Origin: a virus
Strand: one strand, 5' to 3'
Virus record (IMG/VR): IMGVR_UViG_3300025137_000014
Span: 64,001-128,000 of that record
Length of the DNA stretch: 64,000 nt
Part shown: piece by piece, positions 7,010 to 17,318 of the stretch
Layout of the letters: the number at the start of each line of letters is the position of its first letter
How positions within the stretch are numbered: the first letter of the stretch is position 1
Notes under the pieces: generated by a model
Told to the model about the DNA's origin: nothing
What the model saw: the letters and a program-made list of their open reading frames with translations, nothing else
The model's database searches: none
Made by a program: the position numbers and the translations under genes

Positions 7010-8710
7010 ATGAGCTGGAAAAAATATTTTAAGACATACGACGGAATGCCGGAGAAAATGCCTCGTTCAACAGGTACTGGTTATGCCGGAGATGCAGACA
7101 CAAAACGATATAGTAGTTGGTTACCTGAGGTTTATCAGGGACAGCCTAATCGTGTTCAACGATACGGTCAATACGACCAAATGGATTTGGATAGTGAAGT
7201 AAACACTGCACTAGATACTATTGCAGAATTTTCTACACTAAAAAACGAACAGACTAAACTTCCATTTCATATTGAATATCATGAGGACTCAACTGAGACT
7301 GAAAACGATATCATTCAAAAATCACTAAGACAGTGGTGTGCAGTAAATAAAATTACTAAAAGAATGTTTCGTATTTTCAGAAATACAGTAAAATACGGAG
7401 ACCAAATGTTTATTCGTGATCCTGAAACATACAAACTTTTTTGGGTAGATCCAGCTAAAATCGAAAAAGTTATTGTGAATGAAGGCAAGGGAAAAAAGAT
7501 TGAAGCGTACTATATTAAAGATTTAGATATTAATTTACAAACTCTTAATATTACAGCGGATACAACTAAACTATTACAAACACAAACAGGGTTAACAGGC
7601 GCACCTAATATCAATGCTAATACAACACAAGGCTTTGGTGGCGGAGCGGCAGGCGGAACACGTTTTGTTTCAGACCAAACGTCAACACCTGTAGATGCTA
7701 AACATGTTGTACATGTTTCTTTGAATGAAGGTATCGATGGCTTCTGGCCTTTTGGTAACTCAATTCTTGAACCAGTGTTTAAAGTTTACAAACAAAAAGA
7801 ATTATTAGAAGATGCTATTCTCATTTATCGTGTTCAAAGAGCACCAGAGCGTAGAGTATTCTACATTGATGTTGGTAACATGCCAACACACAAAGCAAGA
7901 GCCCACTTAGAACGTATTAAAAGTGAAATTCATCAAAGACGTATTCCAAGTAAAACAGGCGGTGGACAAAACATCGTTGATAGTGCATACAATCCACTAT
8001 CTATTATGGAAGATTACTTCTTTGCTCAAACGGCTGAAGGTCGTGGTTCTAAAGTTGAGACACTACCAGGTGGTGAGAACTTAGGACAGATTGACGATTT
8101 AAAATATTTTAATGATAAGATGATGCGTGGACTTAGAGTTCCGCCAAGCTATCTAGGTAGTATGGACAGTGATGGTAACGGCTATAATGATGGTCGTGTA
8201 GGTACTGCATTTATTCAAGAATTTAGGTTTACTAAATTCTGTGAACGTCTACAAGCATTAGTATGTGAAGACTTAGATAGAGAATTTAAGATGTTCATGA
8301 AGCACAGAGGTGTGATAATTGAAAGTTCTTTATTCGATTTGAAGTTTAATACTCCACAAAACTTTGGTAAGTATCGTCAAGCAGAAGTTGACCAAGTTAT
8401 GATGAATGTATTCACTGCAATCGAAGGCGCAGACTACATCAGTAAACGATTTGCAATGAAACGTTTCTTAGGACTAACTGATGAAGAAATCATGCAAAAC
8501 GAGAAGTTGTGGAATGAAGAAAAAGGTACTGGTGACCCACAAGATGCAGACGACCTCAAATCAGTAGGAGCAAGTGTTCCTGGTGGTGATTTTGAAGGTG
8601 GTGGCGATGTAGACTTTGATGAGACTGACCAAGATGATAATGAAGAAGGTTCAGTAATCGATGGTTCAGAAAATTCCGAAGAAGGCGAAGAAACGCCTAT
8701 AAACGTATAA
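7010..8710 (+). CDS. gp20: Portal protein
   Basis: LLEDAILIYRVQRAPERRVFYIDVGNMP, EDYFF, GSKVETLPGGENLG motifs of T4-type portal. Confidence 0.95.
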   Translation: MSWKKYFKTYDGMPEKMPRSTGTGYAGDADTKRYSSWLPEVYQGQPNRVQRYGQYDQMDLDSEVNTALDTIAEFSTLKNEQTKLPFHIEYHEDSTETENDIIQKSLRQWCAVNKITKRMFRIFRNTVKYGDQMFIRDPETYKLFWVDPAKIEKVIVNEGKGKKIEAYYIKDLDINLQTLNITADTTKLLQTQTGLTGAPNINANTTQGFGGGAAGGTRFVSDQTSTPVDAKHVVHVSLNEGIDGFWPFGNSILEPVFKVYKQKELLEDAILIYRVQRAPERRVFYIDVGNMPTHKARAHLERIKSEIHQRRIPSKTGGGQNIVDSAYNPLSIMEDYFFAQTAEGRGSKVETLPGGENLGQIDDLKYFNDKMMRGLRVPPSYLGSMDSDGNGYNDGRVGTAFIQEFRFTKFCERLQALVCEDLDREFKMFMKHRGVIIESSLFDLKFNTPQNFGKYRQAEVDQVMMNVFTAIEGADYISKRFAMKRFLGLTDEEIMQNEKLWNEEKGTGDPQDADDLKSVGASVPGGDFEGGGDVDFDETDQDDNEEGSVIDGSENSEEGEETPINV

Positions 8711-8736
8711 ATAGATATAGTTAACGGAGTCTTTAA

Positions 8737-8955
8737 ATGAAGTACAGTGATATTAATGAAAACTATTCTCCCGATAGGGATGAACATAATAGTATAGAAA
8801 TAGATGATACAAGAAAAAATCGTCTAACACTTACTCACCTTAATGACTTACGTAAAATGCGTGAGTATAGAAAAGTACAGAATTCACAAGAAAAAGTAAA
8901 GCTAAAAGCACAATATGCCGGTAGTTCTGAAGGATCTTCTGAGCCTGAACTTTAA
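8737..8955 (+). CDS. Small head-module protein
   Basis: Between portal and core genes, TATAAATA at 8706-8713 upstream. Confidence 0.6.
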   Translation: MKYSDINENYSPDRDEHNSIEIDDTRKNRLTLTHLNDLRKMREYRKVQNSQEKVKLKAQYAGSSEGSSEPEL

Positions 8956-9196
8956 TACTTAAGAGTCAAATAATTGCTTCAAAAAGCAGTTATATATGTA
9001 TATAAGTTGTATATAACCTTTGTTAAATAACTTATATCTGAAAGACGGCTTAAAAAACAGCCGTTTTGTACTATTTCCATAATAAACCTCAAAAACCTCT
9101 ATAAATACATGTGAAACAAATAGAAGTGTTTCTACAACCTTGCCACATCAAGCGACTTTGCAAACGTGGCGATTATAGAAGATAAGGAGACATATT

Positions 9197-10096
9197 ATGT
9201 CAGACAGAAGTACATTAGAACAAGTACTAGAACTTCTAATCAACGAGGAAAAAGACGCCGCAGAAAATATGCTACATGACTTTATAGTAGCAGAGGCTCG
9301 TAGGATCCACGAAGAACTTCTTAACGATAGTGACGAAGTTGTAGAAGAAGACCTCGAGGATATAGACGAATCTGAGGCCGAAACTGACCAAGTTGAGGAC
9401 AAAGAAGAAGTACAAGAAGTAGCATCAATCGAAGATAGCCAAGCTATTGAAGACGATACTGCTGAAATCGAAAACGAAGAATTCTATGATGCAGACGAAT
9501 CTGATGAAGACGAAGCTGTTGCAGACCTAGAAATGGGTGATGCAGAAGCGGAAGCTCCAGCAGAAGATATGGAAGCACGTGTAGACGACCTAGAGTCAAA
9601 TCTAGCGGATCTTGAAGCGGAATTCGAAAAAATTATGTCAGGTGAAGGCGATGACATGGAAGACGAAGCAGACGAAGAAGAAATGGATGCGGAAGACGAC
9701 ATGGAAGAAGCAACTGAAATTGAAGCTGTTGAAGAAGTATCAGCGGATGAATCAGATGAACTAGAACTTGATTTAGACGAATCAGAAGACGAAGCAGAAG
9801 CAGACGAAGATGAAAAGTTGGAAGAATATGTAACTCCAGCATCAGCTTCAACAGGCGATGACGGCGATAAAGCGGCATCACCAGTTAATGCAAATGCAAA
9901 GCGTCCTGGTGACGACTCAAATGCAAAACCAGTAGGCCAAAGCGATGGTAACACCGCAGGCGGAAAAGGTGATGCACCAAAAGATATGTCAACAGGTAAC
10001 GTTAACGTTTCTGGAAACAGTAAAGCACCTGCAATGAGCCCAAAATCGGCTTCTGAAGGTGATGGCGGCGCTAACACTAAGTCAGTTAGTAGCTAA
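9197..10096 (+). CDS. Highly acidic prohead core protein (gp67/68 position)
   Basis: D/E-rich, follows late promoter 9100-9107, precedes protease. Confidence 0.55.
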   Translation: MSDRSTLEQVLELLINEEKDAAENMLHDFIVAEARRIHEELLNDSDEVVEEDLEDIDESEAETDQVEDKEEVQEVASIEDSQAIEDDTAEIENEEFYDADESDEDEAVADLEMGDAEAEAPAEDMEARVDDLESNLADLEAEFEKIMSGEGDDMEDEADEEEMDAEDDMEEATEIEAVEEVSADESDELELDLDESEDEAEADEDEKLEEYVTPASASTGDDGDKAASPVNANAKRPGDDSNAKPVGQSDGNTAGGKGDAPKDMSTGNVNVSGNSKAPAMSPKSASEGDGGANTKSVSS

Positions 10097-10116
10097 TAAA
10101 ACTTTGGAGAAAACCA

Positions 10117-10746
10117 ATGACCGTTCTTATTGAAAGACTATCCCACAAACAAGCGAATGTGAAATCACGTATCGTTGAAGGTGATGACGGTGGAAAAAAC
10201 ATGTTCATGGAAGGCATTTTCGTTCAAGGTAACGTAAAAAATGCTAACCAAAGGGTTTACCCTGTATCTGAAATTACTAGGGCTGTTGAATCAGTTCAAG
10301 CTAAAATCAGTGACGGATTCCCGGTTTTAGGTGAATGTGACCATCCGCCGGAGTTAACAGTCAATGTTGACCGTGTTTCGCATATTATTGAAAGTATGTG
10401 GATGGATGGACCGAACGGATATGGTAAACTTAAAATTGTTCCTACACCCATGGGTAACATTATCAGAACACTAATCGAATCAGGTGCCACGCTAGGTGTC
10501 TCATCTCGTGGTTCTGGTGAAGTTGGCAACAGTGGGAATGTTAGCAATTTTGAGATTGTCACAGTGGACATCGTAGCACAACCAAGTGCTCCGGAGGCAT
10601 ATCCGAAGGCAATCTACGAAGGTTTAATGAACATGCGTGGAGGTTACCAAACTTGGCAACTTGCACAAAATGTACAAACAGACAAGGTCGCTCAAAAATA
10701 CTTGTCAGAACAAATCGTTAAGTTCATTAATGAACTTAAACTATAA
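10117..10746 (+). CDS. gp21: Prohead protease
   Basis: EGIFVQG...NANQRVYP, GECDHP, GVSSRGSG catalytic Ser motif. Confidence 0.93.
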   Translation: MTVLIERLSHKQANVKSRIVEGDDGGKNMFMEGIFVQGNVKNANQRVYPVSEITRAVESVQAKISDGFPVLGECDHPPELTVNVDRVSHIIESMWMDGPNGYGKLKIVPTPMGNIIRTLIESGATLGVSSRGSGEVGNSGNVSNFEIVTVDIVAQPSAPEAYPKAIYEGLMNMRGGYQTWQLAQNVQTDKVAQKYLSEQIVKFINELKL

Positions 10747-10761
10747 ACAGGAGAAGCAACA

Positions 10762-11883
10762 ATGGCAAACGAAATCCTTGCTAATCTTTTAGAGTCAGGA
10801 GCACTTTCCGAAGAGGCAGGCGCTCAAATTAAAGAGGCTTTAGAAGCAAAATTGAATGAAGCAAGAGAGGAGATTACAGCCGAGTTGCGTGAGGAGTTCG
10901 CACAGAAGTTTGAACATGACAAATCAGTAATAGTTGAAGCTATGGATAACATGCTTAATACAACAATTAAAGCTGAAATGACAGAGTTTAAAACAGACCG
11001 TGAACAACTTATCGCAGAAAGGGTAGCATACAAGAAAGCAATTTCTGAACATGCTAAACTCCTTGAAAGATTCATTGCATCTCGTTTAGCGACCGAAGTT
11101 AAAGAACTCAGAGCAGATAGGGCAAAAGTTAACGAAAATCTACAGGAAACTAAGAAATTCGTTGTTAAACAACTTAGCCGTGAACTAGCTGAGTTCCACA
11201 ACGATAAACGTGAATTAGTTAATACTAAAGTACGTTTAGTAGCAGAAGGAAAAAATATTCTTAACAAGACCAAAGAATCGTTTATTAAACGTTCAGCGGA
11301 ACTTGTTGAAAATACAATTAAGAATTCTTTACGTTCAGAAATGAAAACGCTTAAAGAAGATATCGTACAAGCTAAAGAAAACGAGTTTGGACGTAAAGTC
11401 TTTGAAGCATTTTCAGGCGAATTTATGGCTTCACAATTAAATGAAGGCACAGAAGTAGCTAAAGTGAACAAGAAACTTAGTGAGTCTGCTAACAAGGTTG
11501 CAGAACTTGAAAAAGTGATAACTGATAAAAATACAGATATTGAAGGCGCTAAGAAGGCCCAACGTATACTAGAAGACAAGATGAACCGTAAAGAGGTTAT
11601 GTCAGGTCTACTATCACCGTTAGGCAAAGAAAAAGCAAACGTAATGTCTGACTTATTAGAGTCAGTAAAAACTTCAAATCTACAAACAGCATTCAAGAAA
11701 TATCTACCAGCTGTTTTAGATGAAAAGAACGTTTCAACGAAAGACGAAACAAAAACATTAACAGAAGGCAAAGTAACTGAAATAACTGGTGACCGTGAGG
11801 TAGCAACACACGTGGAATCACAGTCAACAGGAAGCGATGCCCAAATTATCCAGCTTAAGAAACTTGCTGGATTAACCAGATAA
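10762..11883 (+). CDS. gp22: Prohead scaffold protein
   Basis: Coiled-coil protein between protease and capsid. Confidence 0.75.
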   Translation: MANEILANLLESGALSEEAGAQIKEALEAKLNEAREEITAELREEFAQKFEHDKSVIVEAMDNMLNTTIKAEMTEFKTDREQLIAERVAYKKAISEHAKLLERFIASRLATEVKELRADRAKVNENLQETKKFVVKQLSRELAEFHNDKRELVNTKVRLVAEGKNILNKTKESFIKRSAELVENTIKNSLRSEMKTLKEDIVQAKENEFGRKVFEAFSGEFMASQLNEGTEVAKVNKKLSESANKVAELEKVITDKNTDIEGAKKAQRILEDKMNRKEVMSGLLSPLGKEKANVMSDLLESVKTSNLQTAFKKYLPAVLDEKNVSTKDETKTLTEGKVTEITGDREVATHVESQSTGSDAQIIQLKKLAGLTR

Positions 11884-11899
11884 ATCAGGAGAATAAAAG

Positions 11900-13054
11900 A
11901 TGGAAAATCTTTTTGAAGGAAATAACTGGGACGGTACACGTGATGCACTACTAGAAGGTCTAGAAGGCACAAAACGTGACACAATGTCCGCAGTTTTAGA
12001 AAACACTAAAGTAGCACTTAATGAAAGTGCAACTGCTGGTGCAACGCAGGCTGGTAATATCGCTACTCTAAATAAAGTGATTCTACCAGTTATCCGTCGT
12101 GTAATGCCAACAGTTATCGCAAACGAAATCATCGGCGTACAGCCAATGACAGGTCCAGTAGGCCAAATTCACACACTAAGAGTACGTTACGCAGAAGCAA
12201 AAGCTGGCGTGGCGGCAGGTGATGAAGCACTAAGTCCATTTGAAATTGCTAACGCATATTCAGGTGACGCGGCAGGGGCTCCGGCTTCTACAGCATCACT
12301 AGAAGGTGAAGCAGGTTCAAAAATGTCAATTCAAGTACTAAAGCAAACAGTTGAAGCGAAAACTCGTAAACTGTCTGCACGTTGGACATTTGAAGCGGCT
12401 CAGGACGCTAACTCAATGCACGGTTTAGATATCGAAGCTGAAATCATGGCGGCATTAGCAATGGAAATCACTGCTGAAATCGACCAAGAAATCTTAGGTT
12501 CACTATCAAGCCTAGCAACTACTGGCGCTACATATGACATGTCAGCATCTTTCACAGGTACACCAACATTTATCGGTGACAGACATGCCGTTCTTGCGAC
12601 ATTAATTAACCAACAAGCTAACCTAGTAGCACAGCGTACAAGACGTGGCGCGGCTAACTGGGCAGTTATCTCACCATCAGCACTAACAGTTCTACAATCT
12701 GCAACTACATCAGCATTTGCACGTACAACTGAAGGTACTTTTGAAGCACCAACTAATACTAAGTTCGTAGGTACTCTAAACAGTACTATGAGAGTATATG
12801 TAAACACATATGCATCATCAGATGACGTATTATTGGGTTACAAAGGTCAAGGCGAAATCGATGCGGCGGCGTTCTATTGCCCATACGTACCGTTAATGTC
12901 TTCAGGCGTTGTGGTAGATCCAAGTTCATTCGAACCAGTAGTGTCATTTATGACTCGTTACGGTTATGTTGAACTAACAAACACTGCATCATCACTAGGT
13001 AATGCGGCAGACTACGTTTCTAAAATCGCAGTCTCAAATCTATCTTTCGTATAA
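11900..13054 (+). CDS. gp23: Major capsid protein
   Basis: GVQPMTGPVGQI, EAKTRKLSARWTFEAAQD, FYCPYVPL, MTRYG. Confidence 0.97.
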   Translation: MENLFEGNNWDGTRDALLEGLEGTKRDTMSAVLENTKVALNESATAGATQAGNIATLNKVILPVIRRVMPTVIANEIIGVQPMTGPVGQIHTLRVRYAEAKAGVAAGDEALSPFEIANAYSGDAAGAPASTASLEGEAGSKMSIQVLKQTVEAKTRKLSARWTFEAAQDANSMHGLDIEAEIMAALAMEITAEIDQEILGSLSSLATTGATYDMSASFTGTPTFIGDRHAVLATLINQQANLVAQRTRRGAANWAVISPSALTVLQSATTSAFARTTEGTFEAPTNTKFVGTLNSTMRVYVNTYASSDDVLLGYKGQGEIDAAAFYCPYVPLMSSGVVVDPSSFEPVVSFMTRYGYVELTNTASSLGNAADYVSKIAVSNLSFV

Positions 13055-13076
13055 TTCGTTATACACAGATTACAAG

Positions 13077-13105
13077 AAAGCCGGGATTTATTCCCGGCTT
13101 TTTTT
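13077..13105 (+). terminator. Intrinsic terminator after capsid gene
   Basis: AAAGCCGGGA-tttat-TCCCGGCTTT then T-run. Confidence 0.85.
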
Positions 13106-13177
13106 ATGGCTAAAAAACCATGAAATCTGATAAATACAATTAGATAAGAAATATAACCCGTTTGAGAGAGAAACCAC

Positions 13178-14914
13178 ATGGCAGAGCAAATTAAATTCGG
13201 AGACAGATTATTTCTAAAAGGCGAAAAGCTAATTTTAGATTCTGTCGCTAACGCAGTAATTAAACCTAAAAATGGAACACTAGAAATTGATGGTGACTTA
13301 CATGTATTGGGTGCAACTACTACAGTTAACTCAGAAACAGTTTCAATCGCAGATCCATTTATATTATTAAATGGTGATTTAACAGGATCAGCTACAGAAG
13401 ATGTTGGTATCGAAATCAATCGTGGAACAGACGATAATAAGAAATTAGGTTGGGACGAATCAGACGAAAAGTTTTCAACTTTTGGTAGCGAGTTTGTAAC
13501 AACGGCTATTGAAGCAAATAGTATTGAACTTACAGGCGCCCTAGTAGGTGATGTAAATTCAGAAAACGGTGATGTAATAATTGATGTTACTGGTAATGGC
13601 ACAGTTGATATTAACTCAGGTAATATTGACGGAACTGTTATTGGTGCAACTGTACCAGCACAAGCGACATTTACTACTATAACTGGTGATGGTACTGCAA
13701 TAACAAACGTATTAACAAATTATACTACAGATGATTTAACTGAAGGCACTGCATTATATTATACAGATGCACGTGCTAGAGCGTCTATTAGTATGTCAGC
13801 CAATAGTGAGTTAACATATGATCCAGCAACTGGTGTTATATCATTCTCAGGAAATTATTATCAAGATTCAGATGCTAGAGCGGCAATCTCAGTTGATGGT
13901 AATGAAATAGGTTATGACTCAGTAACTGGTATTATAAGTTATGATGCTCCTACAGACTTTGGTCTTTTAACAGATGCAAATGTTATTTCAGGAAGTACTG
14001 GAGGATCAACAGGTTCTAGTTTACCAACTAATGTTGGTTCTTTCTTTAATGATGCAGGGTATGTTACACAGAGTTATCAAGGCTTCACCGCAGATTGGCA
14101 AGCAGATGATGTAACTAATTTAAATGCGGCAAAGGCTTACACTGACCAACAAATTAATTCGGTTGTTGACGTTGCTCCGTTACAATTAAACACATTAAAA
14201 AAATTAGCGGCGGCAGTAAATAACGATGCCAATTATAGTACATCAATACAAAATCAAATTAATGCTATGGCAATAGCCAATAATTTAGCAACTGTGGCTA
14301 CATCAGGTAGCTTTAATGATTTACTAGACCAACCAATTATTCCTACAAATGTAAGTGACTTACCAAATGACAGTGGTTACTTAACTTCTGGTGATTTACC
14401 AACTAATAATATGATTAACAATGGTAATAATACAGTAGCAGGAAGCATAACACCATTAAACGATGCATCTTTCAGCTTGGGTTCTCCAACAAAAAGATGG
14501 GAATATGTATATGGTGAAACCATTGAGGCAACATATGCCGACTTGGCTGAAAGATACGAGGCAGATGCTGTTTATGAAACTGGCACTGTACTTATATTCG
14601 GCGGCGATAAAGAAGTTACTAGAACAGACGTACACACTGACTATAGAGTAGCAGGTGTAGTAAGTACTAACCCAGCTTATAAAATGAATTCAGATGCCGG
14701 CACAGATGATACACATCCTTACATTGCATTACGTGGTAGAGTTCCATGTCAAGTAATGGGACCAGTATCAAAAGGTGATTTAATGGTAACATCTAGTGTC
14801 AAAGGACACGCAAAAAGTGTTAAAGGAAATGACGTTGGTAATGCAGTTTTCGCCAAATCTTTGACAAATGACCCCTCAGAGGGCTCTAAAATTATAGAAG
14901 TAGTAATACTTTAA
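13178..14914 (+). CDS. Tail fibre / virion appendage protein with C-terminal YADLAERY chaperone-like domain
   Basis: G/T/S-rich beta repeats, TDDLTEG unit, LNTLKKLAAAV fibre motif, GATAAATA at 13129-13136. Confidence 0.7.
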   Translation: MAEQIKFGDRLFLKGEKLILDSVANAVIKPKNGTLEIDGDLHVLGATTTVNSETVSIADPFILLNGDLTGSATEDVGIEINRGTDDNKKLGWDESDEKFSTFGSEFVTTAIEANSIELTGALVGDVNSENGDVIIDVTGNGTVDINSGNIDGTVIGATVPAQATFTTITGDGTAITNVLTNYTTDDLTEGTALYYTDARARASISMSANSELTYDPATGVISFSGNYYQDSDARAAISVDGNEIGYDSVTGIISYDAPTDFGLLTDANVISGSTGGSTGSSLPTNVGSFFNDAGYVTQSYQGFTADWQADDVTNLNAAKAYTDQQINSVVDVAPLQLNTLKKLAAAVNNDANYSTSIQNQINAMAIANNLATVATSGSFNDLLDQPIIPTNVSDLPNDSGYLTSGDLPTNNMINNGNNTVAGSITPLNDASFSLGSPTKRWEYVYGETIEATYADLAERYEADAVYETGTVLIFGGDKEVTRTDVHTDYRVAGVVSTNPAYKMNSDAGTDDTHPYIALRGRVPCQVMGPVSKGDLMVTSSVKGHAKSVKGNDVGNAVFAKSLTNDPSEGSKIIEVVIL

Positions 14915-15030
14915 TAATTAAATACATATAGTCATATATTAACATCCTAAGATAAATAAGTGTAGATTACACTTAACCCAATTCAGTGTAGTTTATAATA
15001 AATCGATTTTTTATAGACGGGAGAAACAAT

Positions 15031-17229
15031 ATGGCGGCATATGCAATACAGTTCCGTCGTGGGACAACGACACAACACTCATCATTTACTGGCCTAGTAG
15101 GTGAAGTTACTGTCGATACTGACAAGAAAACTCTTGTAGTCCACGATGGCGCAACAACCGGCGGTTATCCACTTATGAGAGAAGGCGGTACTTCGTCTTC
15201 AACAACAGGAGCGTTCTCAAGTAACGTAACTATTGGTGGAACCATAGCGGTAACAAATACAGCTACATTCTCGGCAGGCGTAAATGTAACAGGTGATTCA
15301 GAATACACCGGTCACATAATTCCTGGTACGGATGACACATTTGACTTAGGCTCAACAACAAAAAGATGGCGTGACTTATACTTAGGCCCTGGCTCACTTT
15401 ATGTTAACAACAAGAAAATTCTTGAAGATGACAGTGGTACCATTACTATCAAAACTGATACTGATGAAAACCTAAAATTAGTGACTACAGGTACTGGTAC
15501 GATGCAAATCGAATCAAGCAACGGAATTCAGTTCACAGGCGAACTTAAAACTTCATCTGGTGATATTCAGGTCGGTGACCACATTGACATGAACTCAAAT
15601 ATCATCAAAGAAGTTGGCGCTCCAACAACTGGCTCTGATGCGGCCAACAAAACATACGTAGACAGTGCAGTTAGTACAGGTATCGGTTCAGGCGCCAATG
15701 CTGTTTCAGGTACAACTGGTGCGTTTACAAGTGATGTAACTATTGGTGGTGACTTAACTATTAATGGTACAACTACTACAATTAACACATCACAAATTAA
15801 CTTAGCAGACAACATTCTATTACTAAACTCAGATGCAACTGGCTCAGCCACAGCATCAGGTGGTATTGAAGTAGAACGTGGTGATGACTTAAACGTTCAG
15901 TTCTTATGGGACGAAACTAATGACCGTTGGTCAATTGGTGCAGAAGACCTATATTCATCAGGTGACTTTATCGGTAATTTAACTGGTAATGTAACTGGTA
16001 ATGTAACTGGTAACGTAACAGGTACAACAAGTGATATTTCAAATCATGACACAGATGACCTAGCAGAAGGTACAAACAAGTTATACTTCACAGATGCAAG
16101 AGCAAGGTCGGCTATATCAGTTTCAGGTGACTTAACATATAATTCAACAACTGGTGTAATTTCGACTCAAGGCTTAGCTTCAAGTGATACTGATGACCTA
16201 GCTGAAGGTTCAACAAATCTTTACTACACAAATGCACGTTTTGATACAAGACTAGCGGCAAAAGATACAGATGATGTATCAGAAGGCTCAACTAACTTGT
16301 ACTATACAGATGCACGTTGGGACTCAAGAATATCAACTAAGAATACAGATGATTTAGCTGAAGGTTCAAACAATGTGTATTATACAGATTCAAGAGCAGA
16401 TGCAAGAGTGGCATTGGCAACAGGCGCAAACTTAAATCTAACTAATCAAGACACTGATGACCTTTCAGAAGGTTCAACAAATCTTTATTATACAGATGCA
16501 AGAGCGAACTCAGCCTTTGATACAAGATTGGCACTTAAAGATACAGATGATGTATCAGAAGGTACTACTAACTTGTTTTACACTGATGCACGTGTAGGTT
16601 CTTATCTAAACACTAACTCATACGCAACTGAGGCATTCGTAACAAGTGCAGTTCAAGGCGTTGATAACTCAGACGAAATTACTGAGGGTTCAAGCAACTT
16701 GTTCTTTACTAACGAAAGAGCCCAAGATGCGGTTATGTCAAATGTTTCTGCAGGAACAGGTATCTCTGTATCATATGATGATGCGGCAGGTTCTTTAACT
16801 GTAACAAACACACAGACAGAACTTAATGATTATCTTGATAGTGCTTCATTCTCAGGCGGTACTCTAACTCTAGGAGTTAGTACTCAATCAGATGTAACAG
16901 TATCTTTAGATGGTCGTTATGTACAGTTAGGTAACACTTCTAAAAAACACACACATGCTTATGAGACAACTGCACAAGACGAAACAGATAACACTGGTTC
17001 TACTCATGCAATCACATGGGCAACATTAACTTCTGGTAAAATTTCTCTAGGCTCAGATGCCGTAGATTTTGCATCAGAAATAAATGACTCACCATATGCT
17101 GTTGTTTATATCAACAGAATGGTAGCACGACCAAATGAAGTAACGATTACTTCAACAGGTATTACTTTTGCGGCAGATGTTATTGCAGAAGACGATGAAG
17201 TTGAAATAGTCTACATGGACGAGCAATAA
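15031..17229 (+). CDS. Tail fibre protein with Mtd-N/hyaluronidase-like N-terminus and TDDLxEG repeats
   Basis: IQFRRGTT...GEVTVDTDKKTLVVHDG N-terminus; seven internal repeats. Confidence 0.7.
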   Translation: MAAYAIQFRRGTTTQHSSFTGLVGEVTVDTDKKTLVVHDGATTGGYPLMREGGTSSSTTGAFSSNVTIGGTIAVTNTATFSAGVNVTGDSEYTGHIIPGTDDTFDLGSTTKRWRDLYLGPGSLYVNNKKILEDDSGTITIKTDTDENLKLVTTGTGTMQIESSNGIQFTGELKTSSGDIQVGDHIDMNSNIIKEVGAPTTGSDAANKTYVDSAVSTGIGSGANAVSGTTGAFTSDVTIGGDLTINGTTTTINTSQINLADNILLLNSDATGSATASGGIEVERGDDLNVQFLWDETNDRWSIGAEDLYSSGDFIGNLTGNVTGNVTGNVTGTTSDISNHDTDDLAEGTNKLYFTDARARSAISVSGDLTYNSTTGVISTQGLASSDTDDLAEGSTNLYYTNARFDTRLAAKDTDDVSEGSTNLYYTDARWDSRISTKNTDDLAEGSNNVYYTDSRADARVALATGANLNLTNQDTDDLSEGSTNLYYTDARANSAFDTRLALKDTDDVSEGTTNLFYTDARVGSYLNTNSYATEAFVTSAVQGVDNSDEITEGSSNLFFTNERAQDAVMSNVSAGTGISVSYDDAAGSLTVTNTQTELNDYLDSASFSGGTLTLGVSTQSDVTVSLDGRYVQLGNTSKKHTHAYETTAQDETDNTGSTHAITWATLTSGKISLGSDAVDFASEINDSPYAVVYINRMVARPNEVTITSTGITFAADVIAEDDEVEIVYMDEQ
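15973..16023 (+). repeat. 12-bp coding tandem repeat (GN[LV]T x4)
   Basis: ggtaatttaact ggtaatgtaact ggtaatgtaact ggtaacgtaaca. Confidence 0.85.
16048..16719 (+). repeat. Seven TDD(L/V)xEGxxNL(Y/F)(Y/F)TxxR coding repeats
   Basis: Read directly in translation; variable linkers. Confidence 0.85.
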
Positions 17230-17318
17230 AAATTAAACTTAACAAAGTAGGGGAGTAATCCCCTACAGTTCAATATTGAACATGAGGTCAGCTAAAGACC
17301 TTTCGATTTAAGGAGATA

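Noticed and set aside
10824-11984. Long antisense ORFs (also 5979..6617, 9484..10077, 12400..12807, 13012..13602)
   Set aside because: Ser/Leu/Phe-rich shadows of biased-codon sense genes; no SD or promoter support
16048-16719. CRISPR-like repeat-spacer pattern
   Set aside because: Repeats are degenerate at third codon positions and in-frame; they are protein repeats. No CRISPR array or cas gene seen in the window
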